This document shows, one piece after another, positions 28,005 to 38,499 of a stretch of DNA of 40,914 nucleotides. A program made the translations under genes and the position numbers. The stretch is from Clostridia bacterium (GTDB taxonomy: Bacteria > Bacillota > Clostridia > Oscillospirales > CAG-272): positions 1 to 40,914 of the forward strand of contig JAFPCR010000088.1 in the NCBI GenBank assembly GCA_017390195.1, written 5' to 3'. Under the pieces are notes generated by a model that ran no database searches, was not told the origin of the DNA, and saw only the letters and a program-made list of their open reading frames with translations. How positions within the stretch are numbered: the first letter of the stretch is position 1; the number at the start of each line of letters is the position of its first letter.

Positions 28005-28547
28005 ATGGATAACAGACCTAACGAAATAGAAGCCATTTCAAATCTTCAACGCTATCTGCGACGTATTTTTGAATCCGACCCCAACATCGATACGATACCG
28101 ATAGATGGGATATTTGAATCGGCAACACGCAATGCCCTCACCAAATTTCAAATAATGAACGGACTGCCCGCCACGGGAATTGCCGACATCGACACATGGG
28201 AGCTGCTCTATGCACGCTTCCTTGAGGAAAATGAAAGAGTGGCAAAGCCCGAAAAGGTAATGATATTTCCGCCGTATCCCAAAGACTATGCAATGTCTTA
28301 CGGAGACAACTTTTTCAGCATACTCGTCCTGCAACATATGCTTTCCGAGCTTTCGGCAAATTACGACGGAACGAACGGTGAATACGAACGTATAAATCTC
28401 GGCGGAGTCTACGACGACGAAACGCTCTCAGCCGTCACCGATTTTCAAAACAGACACGGTCTTGATGCAACGGGTGCGGTAGATAAGATCACGTGGAACC
28501 GCATAGTTACCGAATACAACATATTATTTGAAGACATACAACAGTAA
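28005..28547 (+). CDS. Protein consisting of two PG_binding_1 domains only
   Basis: LQRYL..DGIF..ATRNAL..FQ...GL.ATG.AD..TW, repeated as LQHML..GVYD.ET..AV.DFQ..HGL.ATG.VD..TW; start at 27993 or 28005. Confidence 0.85.
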   Translation: MDNRPNEIEAISNLQRYLRRIFESDPNIDTIPIDGIFESATRNALTKFQIMNGLPATGIADIDTWELLYARFLEENERVAKPEKVMIFPPYPKDYAMSYGDNFFSILVLQHMLSELSANYDGTNGEYERINLGGVYDDETLSAVTDFQNRHGLDATGAVDKITWNRIVTEYNILFEDIQQ

Positions 28548-28669
28548 AATATAGATCTGCGACCGACATCGACATATATTTTGCCATACTGTGAGGTACA
28601 ATAATACCAAATAAAAGATCCGACCGATCACGGTCTCGGATACGTTAATTATAAAAAGGACGGATATTT

Positions 28670-31114
28670 ATGGCAAATAAATTCACTCAAAAGGCACAGT
28701 CAGCATTACGCCGTTCTCTCGATGTGGCATCGGAGCTTGGGCATTCATATATCGGCTCCGAGCATCTGTTGCTCGGACTTGCGGCAGAAAGTGACGGTAC
28801 GGCTTCACGCCTGCTCTCGGAGCGTGGGGCGACCTATGACAAGATACGAAAGCTCGTTATAGGGATAACAGGCTCGGGAAACCGTTGTCCCGTTTCATCC
28901 TCGGATATGACCCCAAGAGTCAAAAAGATAATAGAGCTTTCTGCCACCGAGGCTCAAAAGGGGGGGCAGACATTTATCGGGACCGAGCATATGCTTTTGG
29001 CTCTCATAGATGAGCGTGACTGCGTAGGTGTAAAGGTACTCGAAAGTATACCCGTATCGATCGCAGAGCTGTCAACAGATATTCAAAATTTCATCAGCTC
29101 GTGCAAGGAAAGGACTTCAGGTGTCCGAAATACACGTGAACGACGAGACGAGCGAAAAGAGCATACCATTTCCACACTTTCGGCGTTCAGCAGAAATCTG
29201 ACGAATGCCGCAAAGGCGGGAAAGCTCGACCCTATAATCGGACGTGACAGTGAGACTCAACGGCTCATACAAATTCTTTCACGCCGAACGAAGAACAATC
29301 CCTGCCTGACAGGTGAACCCGGAGTTGGAAAGACTGCCGTTGTCGAGGGACTCGCACAGAGGATCGCTGACGGAAATGTTCCCGACAACTTAAAGGACAA
29401 AAAGATAATCACTCTCGACATCCCCGCCATGATCGCAGGTGCAAAATACCGTGGCGAATTTGAAGAACGCATGAAAAATGTGATGAGCGATGTTGCCAAA
29501 GACCCGTCGATCATCCTCTTCATCGACGAGATCCATACCCTGATAGGTGCAGGAGCTGCTGAGGGGGCAGTCGATGCCGCAAACATCATAAAGCCTGCCT
29601 TGGCACGTGGAGAGATGCAGCTCATCGGTGCGACAACGATATCGGAATACAGAAAGCATATTGAAAAGGATGCCGCTCTTGAACGCAGATTTCAGCCCGT
29701 AAACGTCAGCGAGCCGAGCGAGAGCGAGGCAATAAAAATATTGCTCGGACTCCGTGACAAATACGAGGCTCACCACGGACTGAAAATAGACGACTCGGCG
29801 ATATATGCCGCAGTTCATCTATCATCAAGATATATCACCGACCGATTTCTTCCCGATAAGGCAATAGACCTGCTCGACGAGGCAGCATCAAAAATGAGGA
29901 TACTTGCCCTGACCACACCGCCCGAATTTCACCGCATCGAGGAACGCATCTCCGATATTTCCCGAGAAATGGAATCTGCCATATCTGCTCAAAATTTTGA
30001 GAGAGCCGCAAAGCTGCGTGACGAGGAGACTCGGCTGAACGCAGAATACGAGATAATGAAGGAAAACAGAAACTCCCGTTCGGATTCAGACGTGCTGACA
30101 GTCACTGACGTAAATATAGCCGATGTCGTGACATTGTGGACAACGATCCCCGTCAGTAGGCTTATGGAGGAAGAAAACGAACGTCTCTTGCACCTTGACG
30201 ACCTTTTGCGTGAAAAAGTCATCGGTCAGGATGAAGCCGTAGAAGCGACCGCACGTGCGATACGACGTGGCAGGCTCGGGCTCAAGGACCCTCACCGTCC
30301 GATAGGCTCTCTTATCTTTCTCGGTCAGAGCGGTGTCGGAAAGACCGAGCTTGCAAAATCTTTGGCTGAAATTCTTTTCGGCTCACGTTCCTCTATAATA
30401 AGACTTGATATGTCGGAGTATATGGAGAAGCACAGTATTTCAAAGCTTATAGGCTCGCCTCCCGGATATGTAGGGTACGACGAGGGCGGTCAGCTTACCG
30501 AAAAGATCCGAAGAAAGCCCTATTCTGTTGTGCTGTTCGATGAGATAGAAAAGGCTCACCCCGACATTTTCAACGCACTCCTACAGGTGCTTGATGACGG
30601 TATTCTCACCGATTCTCAAGGTCGGCATATTGATTTTTCAAACACGGTGATCATAATGACCTCAAATATAGGGGCATCGACAAAAAGCACAAGTCTGCTC
30701 GGGTTCGCCTCCTCGGCAGAATCAGAACGTGCAGAAAATGCCGCTTCACGTGAGCGGATACTGTCGGCTTTACGCCGAACATTTCGCCCTGAATTTCTGA
30801 ACCGTGTTGACGATATAATCGTTTTCAACTCGCTAAACCGCCAAAGCATTGAAAAAATATCGAAGATAATGCTGAACGACCTGAAAAAACGCATATCTCC
30901 GCTCGGAATAGAGGTCGATTTCTCAGACAACGCCGTAAATAGGATCATGGAAAAGGGATTTGATTCCTCAAACGGGGCAAGACCGCTCCGCCGTACCATC
31001 TCTCGCCTGATCGAAGACAAACTCGCCACGGCGATCCTCGACGGAAGTGTCAAAGCTCCCTGCCGTATTACCGTCGATATAGACGGCGATAATACACTTT
31101 TCATTCCGTCATAA
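28670..31114 (+). CDS. clpC: ATP-dependent Clp protease ATPase subunit ClpC
   Basis: Double Clp-N repeat, [11 protein letters not shown]-like [19 protein letters not shown] and an LLGF ClpP-docking loop. Confidence 0.93.
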   Translation: MANKFTQKAQSALRRSLDVASELGHSYIGSEHLLLGLAAESDGTASRLLSERGATYDKIRKLVIGITGSGNRCPVSSSDMTPRVKKIIELSATEAQKGGQTFIGTEHMLLALIDERDCVGVKVLESIPVSIAELSTDIQNFISSCKERTSGVRNTRERRDERKEHTISTLSAFSRNLTNAAKAGKLDPIIGRDSETQRLIQILSRRTKNNPCLTGEPGVGKTAVVEGLAQRIADGNVPDNLKDKKIITLDIPAMIAGAKYRGEFEERMKNVMSDVAKDPSIILFIDEIHTLIGAGAAEGAVDAANIIKPALARGEMQLIGATTISEYRKHIEKDAALERRFQPVNVSEPSESEAIKILLGLRDKYEAHHGLKIDDSAIYAAVHLSSRYITDRFLPDKAIDLLDEAASKMRILALTTPPEFHRIEERISDISREMESAISAQNFERAAKLRDEETRLNAEYEIMKENRNSRSDSDVLTVTDVNIADVVTLWTTIPVSRLMEEENERLLHLDDLLREKVIGQDEAVEATARAIRRGRLGLKDPHRPIGSLIFLGQSGVGKTELAKSLAEILFGSRSSIIRLDMSEYMEKHSISKLIGSPPGYVGYDEGGQLTEKIRRKPYSVVLFDEIEKAHPDIFNALLQVLDDGILTDSQGRHIDFSNTVIIMTSNIGASTKSTSLLGFASSAESERAENAASRERILSALRRTFRPEFLNRVDDIIVFNSLNRQSIEKISKIMLNDLKKRISPLGIEVDFSDNAVNRIMEKGFDSSNGARPLRRTISRLIEDKLATAILDGSVKAPCRITVDIDGDNTLFIPS

Positions 31115-31118
31115 AAAT

Positions 31119-31158
31119 GAGGGTGAGTCAAATGCAAAAATGCATTTGACTCACCCTC
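31119..31158. repeat. Intergenic palindrome family A, copy 2 (probable terminator)
   Basis: Perfect 18-bp arms gagggtgagtcaaatgca-aaaa-tgcatttgactcaccctc between convergent clpC and pncB. Confidence 0.85.
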
Positions 31159-31169
31159 TGTTGTTGTAT

Positions 31170-32624
31170 TTAATTTCTGTGTCCGCTCAATTTAAGCATT
31201 TCGGCTTTGATATTCCAAAGCTTTTGAGAAAGGTCAACATAATAGTTATGGGGGTTGTTGAAACGGCGTACCTCGTCCCATATTCCCTCTATTTCTTTCT
31301 TGCAATGTGAACGGATCTCCTCAAGCGTCGGAAGCTCATATACCTGCTCTCCGTTTTTGAATATCGGAACGAGCAGTTCTGTTGCGGTAAAGTTTTCAAG
31401 AACTTTACGCTTCCATGTATGCTCGGGGTCGAATATCTCAAGCGGTTTGGTGTCGTCAATGACTTCATCGTAAACACAGATCAAGTCAGCCTCGGCTTTG
31501 CCCGTATCTTTGCTGCGGAGTCTGTAGACCTTTTTGAAATGCGGTGTTGTGATCTTCCCTACATTCTCGCTTATCTTTATCTTGGGTATTATATTTCCGT
31601 CCTTGTCCTCAACTGCACAAAGCTTGTAAACTCCGCCGAACACGGGGTCTGTCTTTGATGTGATGAGACGTTCGCCAACACCGAAAGCATCGACTTCGGC
31701 ACCCTGACGTATCAACTCACGTATGACATATTCATCAAGGGAGTTTGATACGATGATCCTACACTCATCAAGTCCCTCCTCGTCAAGCCTTTGTCTTATC
31801 TTCTTTGTCAGATAAGTTACGTCTCCCGAATCAAGTCTGACTCCGCATTTTTTTATTCCGAGAGGCTGTAAGACCTCTTTAAATGCACGTATAGCATTTA
31901 CAAGTCCGGATTCAAGTGCGTTGTAGGTGTCTATCAGGAGTGTTGCGTTGTTGGGGTAAAGCTCGCAATACGTCTTAAATGCAGTATATTCATCATCGAA
32001 CATCTGCACCCACGAATGTGCCATTGTACCTGTAGCCGGTACTCCGTAAACCTCATCGGTGATCGTACAGGCGGTAGAACCGCATCCTCCGATATAAGCA
32101 GCCCTTGCACCGAGGATCGCAGCATCTGCACCCTGTGCTCTGCGTGAACCGAACTCGCTTATTGCTCTTCCCTTTGCGGCACGGGTGATCCTTGCCGCCT
32201 TGGTTGCGATAAGTGACTGGTGATTCATCATCATAAGAACGTATGTCTCGATAAACTGTGCCTCGACCGCATTTGCACGTACTGTCATAAGCGGCTCGCC
32301 GGGGAAAACAACAGTTCCCTCGGGAACGGCATAAATATCTCCCGTGAATTTAAAGCCACGCAAATAGTCAAGGAACTCCTCGCAGAAAACATTCTTTGAA
32401 CGAAGGAATTCTATATCATCTTCGTCGAATTTCAGATCCTTTATATATTCAATGACCTGTTCAAGTCCCGCAACAATGGCAAAGCCTCCGTTATCGGGAT
32501 TGTTTCGGTAGAACACATCAAAATATAATATTTTATCCTTCATTCCGCAACGAAAATAACCGTTACCCATCGTAAGCTCGTAGAAGTCACAGAGCATTGT
32601 AAGGTTTCTTTTTATGTCTTTCAT
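31170..32624 (-). CDS. pncB: Nicotinate phosphoribosyltransferase
   Basis: DFYELTM, EFGSRRAQG, GTMAHSW, LIDTY and GVRLDSGD motifs. Confidence 0.95.
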   Translation of the reverse strand: MKDIKRNLTMLCDFYELTMGNGYFRCGMKDKILYFDVFYRNNPDNGGFAIVAGLEQVIEYIKDLKFDEDDIEFLRSKNVFCEEFLDYLRGFKFTGDIYAVPEGTVVFPGEPLMTVRANAVEAQFIETYVLMMMNHQSLIATKAARITRAAKGRAISEFGSRRAQGADAAILGARAAYIGGCGSTACTITDEVYGVPATGTMAHSWVQMFDDEYTAFKTYCELYPNNATLLIDTYNALESGLVNAIRAFKEVLQPLGIKKCGVRLDSGDVTYLTKKIRQRLDEEGLDECRIIVSNSLDEYVIRELIRQGAEVDAFGVGERLITSKTDPVFGGVYKLCAVEDKDGNIIPKIKISENVGKITTPHFKKVYRLRSKDTGKAEADLICVYDEVIDDTKPLEIFDPEHTWKRKVLENFTATELLVPIFKNGEQVYELPTLEEIRSHCKKEIEGIWDEVRRFNNPHNYYVDLSQKLWNIKAEMLKLSGHRN

Positions 32625-32670
32625 GTTTTCTCCACTTTCGTTTTTGTAAAATTTTTACTTTATGGCAATT

Positions 32671-32715
32671 ATTTTACCATTAAGTGTTGTATTTTTCAAG
32701 GTTTAAAGTTATAAT
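32671..32715. promoter_or_regulatory. Overlapping divergent sigmaA promoters of pncB and nadE
   Basis: Minus strand TTGAAA(32699-32694)-17-TAAAAT; plus strand TTGTAT(32687-32692)-17-TATAAT. Confidence 0.65.
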
Positions 32716-32759
32716 AAACATAAAAAATGTGTAATTTTTTTAAGTGAGGCTGATTTTTT

Positions 32760-34706
32760 ATGAAAAACGGATTCATTTCGGTAGCCGCCGCAACCCCTCA
32801 TATCTGTCTGTGCGACTGTAAAAAGAACGCAGAGCAGTTTGTAAAGACGGCAAAAAATGCAGTTGAAAACAAAGTAAAGATCCTCGTTTTCCCCGAGCTG
32901 TCGCTTACCGGATATACCTGTTCCGACCTGTTTTTGTCGGACACGTTGGTAAACGGAGCTCTCGATGCTCTCAAATATTATATTGATAACACCGCTGAGT
33001 ATGATCTTGTCTCGCTTGTCGGTCTGCCTGTACAAAGCAAGGACAAGCTCTACAACTGTGCTGCTGTTTGCTGTGGCGGACGGCTTTTGGGACTCGTTCC
33101 AAAGAGCAATATCCCGAGCTATGGGGAATTCTATGAAGGAAGACATTTTGCCCCCTCGCCCGATACAGTGACGGAATTTGAATTTGACGGATACAGCGTT
33201 CCGTTAGGCTCGAAGATACTCTTTGAATGTAAAACCTTGAAGTCGCTGACTCTCGGAGTCGAGATATGCGAGGACTTGTGGGTATCTGTTCCCCCGTCAG
33301 CCGCTCTTGCCGAGGCAGGTGCAACGGTCATTGCAAACCTGTCGGCCTCAAACGAGACCGTCGGCAAGGACTCTTATCGCTTAGCTCTGGTAAATTCTCA
33401 ATCGGCACGTATCAGAGGCGGATATATCTACGCTAACTGCGGCGAGGGCGAATCTACAACAGATCTGGTCTTTTCGGGTCACAGCGTCATAAGCGAAAAC
33501 GGCATCGCTCTTGCAGAACGCAAGCCCTTTGATTTTTCATTCGGCGAATTGCTCATCAGCGAAATAGATACACAAAGAATAGTCCATGAAAGACTTCGTA
33601 TCAATACACATCAAAGCAATAACAGCAACGGTTATGTAAAGGCCGGATTTTCTCTCAAAGAAGAGGAAACTCCCCTCACCCGCAAAACAGATGCTCACCC
33701 CTTTGTTCCCTCGGACACAATGGAAAGAGAAAAGCGTTGCGAAACGATCCTCTCTATCCAGTCCCAAGGACTCAAGCAGAGGATCGAACGTTCATATGCA
33801 AAGAAATGCGTTGTCGGTATCTCAGGCGGTCTCGATTCCTGCCTTGCACTTTTGATAACGGTCAGAGCGGTAGACTCACTCGGGCTTGACAGAAAGAGCG
33901 TCCTCGGAGTTACGATGCCCTGCTTCGGCACGACATCGAGAACAAAAAGCAATGCCGAAAAGCTCTGCTCGGAGCTTGGTATCGACTTCAAGGAGGTCAA
34001 TATCACCGACGCCGTAAATGTTCATTTCAAAGATATAGGACATGACAGTGAAGACCGAAATGTTGTTTACGAAAACGCTCAGGCACGTGAACGCACTCAA
34101 GTTCTCATGGATCTGGCAAATTCCTGCAACGGACTCGTTATCGGCACGGGAGACCTTTCCGAGCTTGCTCTCGGTTGGGCGACCTATAACGGCGACCATA
34201 TGTCGATGTACGGTGTGAACGCATCTGTTCCGAAAACTCTTGTACGTCACATCGTCTCATACTGTGCTGACAAGGCAGAGGCAGGGGCAAAGAGCGAGCT
34301 TGCTGCTGTGCTGAGAGATATCCTTGCAACACCCGTCAGCCCCGAGCTTCTTCCCGCCGACAACAAAGGTAACATCAGTCAGGTCACGGAAGATATCGTC
34401 GGTCCTTATGAGATCCACGATTTTTACCTCTATAATATGGTACGCTTCGGGTTTACCCCCGACAAGCTCTTCAGGCTCGCCTGCCGTGCATTTGACGGGG
34501 TGTATGACAAGAAAACGCTCTTGCATTGGCTCGAGGTTTTCCTACGCCGCTTCTTTGCTCAACAGTTCAAACGCAGCTGCCTGCCCGACGGCCCGAAGGT
34601 CGGCTCTGTAGCCCTTTCCCCCAGAGGAGATTGGAGAATGCCGAGCGATGCAAGTTCGGCACTTTGGCTCTCTTATGTAGAAGAATTGAAAAAAACGATC
34701 AAATAA
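32760..34706 (+). CDS. nadE: Glutamine-dependent NAD+ synthetase
   Basis: Nitrilase-fold FPELSLTGY and EICEDLW; synthetase GISGGLDS, ENAQARERT and SPEL. Confidence 0.96.
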   Translation: MKNGFISVAAATPHICLCDCKKNAEQFVKTAKNAVENKVKILVFPELSLTGYTCSDLFLSDTLVNGALDALKYYIDNTAEYDLVSLVGLPVQSKDKLYNCAAVCCGGRLLGLVPKSNIPSYGEFYEGRHFAPSPDTVTEFEFDGYSVPLGSKILFECKTLKSLTLGVEICEDLWVSVPPSAALAEAGATVIANLSASNETVGKDSYRLALVNSQSARIRGGYIYANCGEGESTTDLVFSGHSVISENGIALAERKPFDFSFGELLISEIDTQRIVHERLRINTHQSNNSNGYVKAGFSLKEEETPLTRKTDAHPFVPSDTMEREKRCETILSIQSQGLKQRIERSYAKKCVVGISGGLDSCLALLITVRAVDSLGLDRKSVLGVTMPCFGTTSRTKSNAEKLCSELGIDFKEVNITDAVNVHFKDIGHDSEDRNVVYENAQARERTQVLMDLANSCNGLVIGTGDLSELALGWATYNGDHMSMYGVNASVPKTLVRHIVSYCADKAEAGAKSELAAVLRDILATPVSPELLPADNKGNISQVTEDIVGPYEIHDFYLYNMVRFGFTPDKLFRLACRAFDGVYDKKTLLHWLEVFLRRFFAQQFKRSCLPDGPKVGSVALSPRGDWRMPSDASSALWLSYVEELKKTIK

Positions 34707-34736
34707 CCACAGATTATATACGGAGGTCATATAACA

Positions 34737-35984
34737 ATGAACAACTACGATTACGCAAAACAACGCTATGCAGAGATCGGTATCGACACCGAAGAAGCAA
34801 TAGCAAGGCTTCAGAATACACCCATATCCATTCACTGCTGGCAGGGCGACGATGTGCGTGGCTTTGAGGGTGCTACATCTCTTGACGGTGGCATTCAGAC
34901 CACGGGTAACTATCCCGGAGTCGCAAGGAATGCCGAAGAGCTTATGGAAGACTTCGACAAGATGCTCTCGCTCGTTCCCGGCAAAAAACGTATAAATCTT
35001 CACGCAAACTATGCTTTCTTTGAGGGCAAAAACAAGGTTGACCGTGATGCCCTCACCCCCGAAAACTTCAAAAAGTGGGTCGAGTTTGCAAAAGAAAGGA
35101 ATCTCGGAATAGATTTCAACCCTACATTCTTCTCCCACCCCATGGCATCGAGCGGACTTACACTTTCTAACCCCAACGACGAGATAAGAAATTTCTGGAT
35201 ACGCCACGGAATTGCCTGCCTGCGTATCGCTGAATATTTCGCACGAGAGCTTGGCACTCCCTGTCTGCTCAACTTTTGGATCCCCGACGGATACAAAGAA
35301 ACTCCTGCCGACAGATTCGGCCCTCGCCAAAGATTCGCAGACTCCTTGGATAAGATCCTTGCAACAGGATATGACAAGAGCCTCGTTTACATATCTCTCG
35401 AATCAAAAGTGTTCGGCATAGGTGTTGAATCATACACAGTCGGTTCGTCGGAATTTTGCGTAAACTATGCCGCTTCAAGAGGCATCATAAGTCTTATGGA
35501 CAACGGACATTATCACCCCACCGAGGTCGTGTCGGATAAGATATCTTCTATGCTCCTCTTCAATGAAAAGATAGCACTTCACATCACAAGAGGCGTTCGC
35601 TGGGACAGTGACCATGTCGTTCTCTTTGATGACGAAACAAAGGAGATCGCACGTGAGATAGTACGCAACGATGCACTTGACCGTGTATTCATTGCAACAG
35701 ACTATTTCGATGCAAGCATCAACCGTATTGCCGCATGGGTGATCGGAGCAAGAAATGTTCAAAAGGCTCTTCTATGTGCGTTGCTCGCCCCCGACAAAAA
35801 GCTCAAGGAGCTTCAGGACAGCGGAAGCTTTACCGAGATGCTCATGCTCAACGAGGAGTTGAAATTCTTACCCTTCGCCGAAGTATGGCATGAGTTCTGC
35901 CGCAGAAACGGCATCATAGCAGACAGATCATGGTTTGACAGCATCAAGGAGTATGAAAAAGACGTACTCTCAAAGAGAATTTGA
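34737..35984 (+). CDS. rhaA: L-rhamnose isomerase
   Basis: SIHCWQGDDV.GFE, ESKVFGIGVESYTVGS, GHYHPTE and RGVRWDSDHVV motifs. Confidence 0.95.
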   Translation: MNNYDYAKQRYAEIGIDTEEAIARLQNTPISIHCWQGDDVRGFEGATSLDGGIQTTGNYPGVARNAEELMEDFDKMLSLVPGKKRINLHANYAFFEGKNKVDRDALTPENFKKWVEFAKERNLGIDFNPTFFSHPMASSGLTLSNPNDEIRNFWIRHGIACLRIAEYFARELGTPCLLNFWIPDGYKETPADRFGPRQRFADSLDKILATGYDKSLVYISLESKVFGIGVESYTVGSSEFCVNYAASRGIISLMDNGHYHPTEVVSDKISSMLLFNEKIALHITRGVRWDSDHVVLFDDETKEIAREIVRNDALDRVFIATDYFDASINRIAAWVIGARNVQKALLCALLAPDKKLKELQDSGSFTEMLMLNEELKFLPFAEVWHEFCRRNGIIADRSWFDSIKEYEKDVLSKRI

Positions 35985-36031
35985 CTCATACTCAAACAAT
36001 ATAATCGTCACTTTACATTGAGGAGAAAAAA

Positions 36032-36799
36032 TTGAGTAAAGCCGAAAACAACAATCAAAGCAACAGCACAGCACGAAAAAGAAAGATAATTCTTTTATGT
36101 TCGCTGATTTTATTTGTAGCAATAATAATGCTCCTTGCTTTCTTTATAAGCAAGCCACTTATAAACTCAATAACCAGCCCCGAGGGTCGCCTTGAATTCA
36201 AGGAATGGATAAGCTCTCTCGGATTTGCCGGAAAACTGATAGTAATAGGTCTTATGGCTCTGCAGCTTATTTTGGCGGTGATCCCCGGTGGACCCGTACA
36301 GATCGTAACGGGTATTACCTACGGTGTCGTAGAAGGCACGATACTATGTGAGCTCGGAATAATCCTCGGATCGACTATCGTATTTTTCACGGTACGCAAA
36401 TTAGGCAGAAAGTTTATCTACCTGTTTATAAAGGAAGAAGACATCGAAAAAATATCTTTTCTGCAAGACGAGCAGAAGCTCAATCTTATTTCTTTCGTGC
36501 TGATGGTGATCCCGGGAGCTCCGAAGGACGCACTTACCTATTTTCTCGGTCTGACAAAGATGAAATATTATGTGTTCATTATGATCTCGGTCATCGGAAG
36601 GCTCCCTGCCCTCATAATGTCCACCATGACGGGAAGCTCGGTGCTTGAAGGAAATTGGATAACGGCATTGATAATAGCGATATCGGTCGGTTTTGTTTTC
36701 ATTGTCGGTATCCTGATCTACGGCTACATCGTAAAAAAGCACAACAAAGCAAAGAAACTCAAACAAGAAAATTCTCCAAAGCTTGACGAAAACGATTAA
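36032..36799 (+). CDS. TVP38/TMEM64 (DedA/VTT) family membrane protein
   Basis: LQ..LAVIPGG, G..YG, IPGAPKD and GRLP motifs; GAGGAG RBS before a TTG start. Confidence 0.88.
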   Translation: MSKAENNNQSNSTARKRKIILLCSLILFVAIIMLLAFFISKPLINSITSPEGRLEFKEWISSLGFAGKLIVIGLMALQLILAVIPGGPVQIVTGITYGVVEGTILCELGIILGSTIVFFTVRKLGRKFIYLFIKEEDIEKISFLQDEQKLNLISFVLMVIPGAPKDALTYFLGLTKMKYYVFIMISVIGRLPALIMSTMTGSSVLEGNWITALIIAISVGFVFIVGILIYGYIVKKHNKAKKLKQENSPKLDEND

Positions 36800-36846
36800 A
36801 ACAGAAGATATCCCCTCGCTATGCGGGGGGATATCTTCTGTTTTAA
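36796..36846. terminator. Bidirectional terminator; palindrome family B, copy 2
   Basis: ttaaaacagaagatatcccctcgc-tat-gcggggggatatcttctgttttaa, overlapping both convergent stop codons. Confidence 0.85.
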
Positions 36847-37406
36847 AGGAATATGCGACGCAGTTGTTTGCCCTTCATGGCAGATTCGAGAGTTGACGGA
36901 AGCAGGTCGAATTCAGCGACAAGGGAATGAGGCTTTTTGTCGGGGTCGTCTTGCCTCATCGGAACAAAATAAACGAATTTTTTTGACATCAATGCGGCTA
37001 TATTTTTGAGATTAGCCGACATCGCATCATTTGATGCAAGTGCGATCACGAGTGGTCTGTCCGAACGCAGATGTGCCTTAGCCGCCATACAGACCGTGCC
37101 GTCTGTTATACCCGATGCGATCTTTGCCAAAGTGTTTCCCGTACACGGACTGATTACCAGAGCATCAAGTCTCAGGCTCGGGCCTATCGGCTCTGCCTCT
37201 ACAATGCTGTGAACTATTTCGGAAGATGTAATTTCCTTTATCTTGTTTTTTATATCCTGACATTTTCCAAAGCGTGTATCTGTACTGTATGCGGTCTCAC
37301 TCATAATAGGGAGAACCTCATAACCGCTCCGTACAAGCCCCTCAAGTGTGGAAAGCGACTGCTCTATGGTACAAAACGAACCGCAAAAAGCGTAGCCTAT
37401 CATCAT
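36843..37406 (-). CDS. spoVFB: Dipicolinate synthase subunit B
   Basis: GYAFCGSFCT, TDTRFG, AEPIGP, PCTGNTLAK and QDDP.KKP.SL motifs. Confidence 0.95.
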   Translation of the reverse strand: MMIGYAFCGSFCTIEQSLSTLEGLVRSGYEVLPIMSETAYSTDTRFGKCQDIKNKIKEITSSEIVHSIVEAEPIGPSLRLDALVISPCTGNTLAKIASGITDGTVCMAAKAHLRSDRPLVIALASNDAMSANLKNIAALMSKKFVYFVPMRQDDPDKKPHSLVAEFDLLPSTLESAMKGKQLRRIFL

Positions 37407-37441
37407 TAACGCACCCCTTTTCTGCAATTTCTATATCTCAT

Positions 37442-38356
37442 CTAAAGAGTAGCAATAATAAAATCCCCTATGATCATGCCTGCTGTTGCCGCAGAATAAC
37501 GTGACGGAAGGGATAAAGCACGTATCGTGCGTATTTTATACATATTTGCCGCATCTGTATCAACTCCTCCGGGAGCGGAGGCAAGATCGATTATGATACT
37601 GCTTTTTTTCATCGAGCTGAGAATTTTTTCGTCTATTATCCAATGCGGAACGGTGTTGAAAATGATATCCGAATCAGCCAAATCCAGAGCAAGTGATGAC
37701 GGTTCATCTCCGTCCGAGATTTTCCCGATACCAAAGCCCAATGCCTCTGCCCATGTGATATCTATGGACTTTCTCGCACAAACGGTAACAGAAGCACCGA
37801 AGGACTTAAGTCTGTCGCAAAGTATCTTGCCTATTCTGCCAAAGCCCAGCACGGCACACCTTGAACCCCACAGCGAGATATCTGTCTCACTTATGGCAAT
37901 GCTGATCGCACCTTCAGCCGTCAAAACAGCATTTTTTATCTGAAGCTCCTCTGATTCAAAATAATCGTATACCTCAATACCTGCAATTTCCCATTTTTCT
38001 CTAAACGACGGCGAAAGCTTTCCACCGAAAACAGAAAAGCACTCCCCTTTTTCGTTTTTGGCAATACAACTTCTTATAATGCTTGGCAGATCATTGACAA
38101 GAACATCTTCCCCTCGGTGCATCGTACAGTTTATGTAACCGTTTTCGTCTGCTGTCGGAAACGGCAGTGCTACTGCGTCACAGCCTTTGAGTGTTTCTGA
38201 AATACTATCAAAAAAAACGAAGTCATTATGTTCTTTTTCTCCACTCTCGAAAACACGCCATGCGTTGACGCAATAGCCGTTTTCGGCGAGTCTCCTGCCC
38301 ACCGAGATCTGCCTCATATCCCCGCCGAGCAACGCAATTTTTTTATTCTTTCTCAT
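37442..38356 (-). CDS. spoVFA: Dipicolinate synthase subunit A
   Basis: GGDMRQ, NAVLTAEGA, GFGRIG and IDLASAPGG motifs; upstream of spoVFB. Confidence 0.92.
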   Translation of the reverse strand: MRKNKKIALLGGDMRQISVGRRLAENGYCVNAWRVFESGEKEHNDFVFFDSISETLKGCDAVALPFPTADENGYINCTMHRGEDVLVNDLPSIIRSCIAKNEKGECFSVFGGKLSPSFREKWEIAGIEVYDYFESEELQIKNAVLTAEGAISIAISETDISLWGSRCAVLGFGRIGKILCDRLKSFGASVTVCARKSIDITWAEALGFGIGKISDGDEPSSLALDLADSDIIFNTVPHWIIDEKILSSMKKSSIIIDLASAPGGVDTDAANMYKIRTIRALSLPSRYSAATAGMIIGDFIIATL

Positions 38357-38423
38357 ATCTTGATCTCCATGACATCACATCAATTATTTATTGTTAACAT
38401 ACTCGGTTCGTAACTCACATTAA

Positions 38424-38452
38424 ATAATATGCCGAGATCAAGATTTTAGTGC
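38424..38452 (-). promoter_or_regulatory. sigmaK promoter of spoVFAB
   Basis: GCAC-17 nt-CATATTAT matches the sigmaK consensus; spoVF is sigmaK-dependent in Bacillus subtilis. Confidence 0.75.
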
Positions 38453-38499
38453 TTATCCGCAAAAAAACGTGCAGAATGAGAGCTTCATGCTAAATTCGG

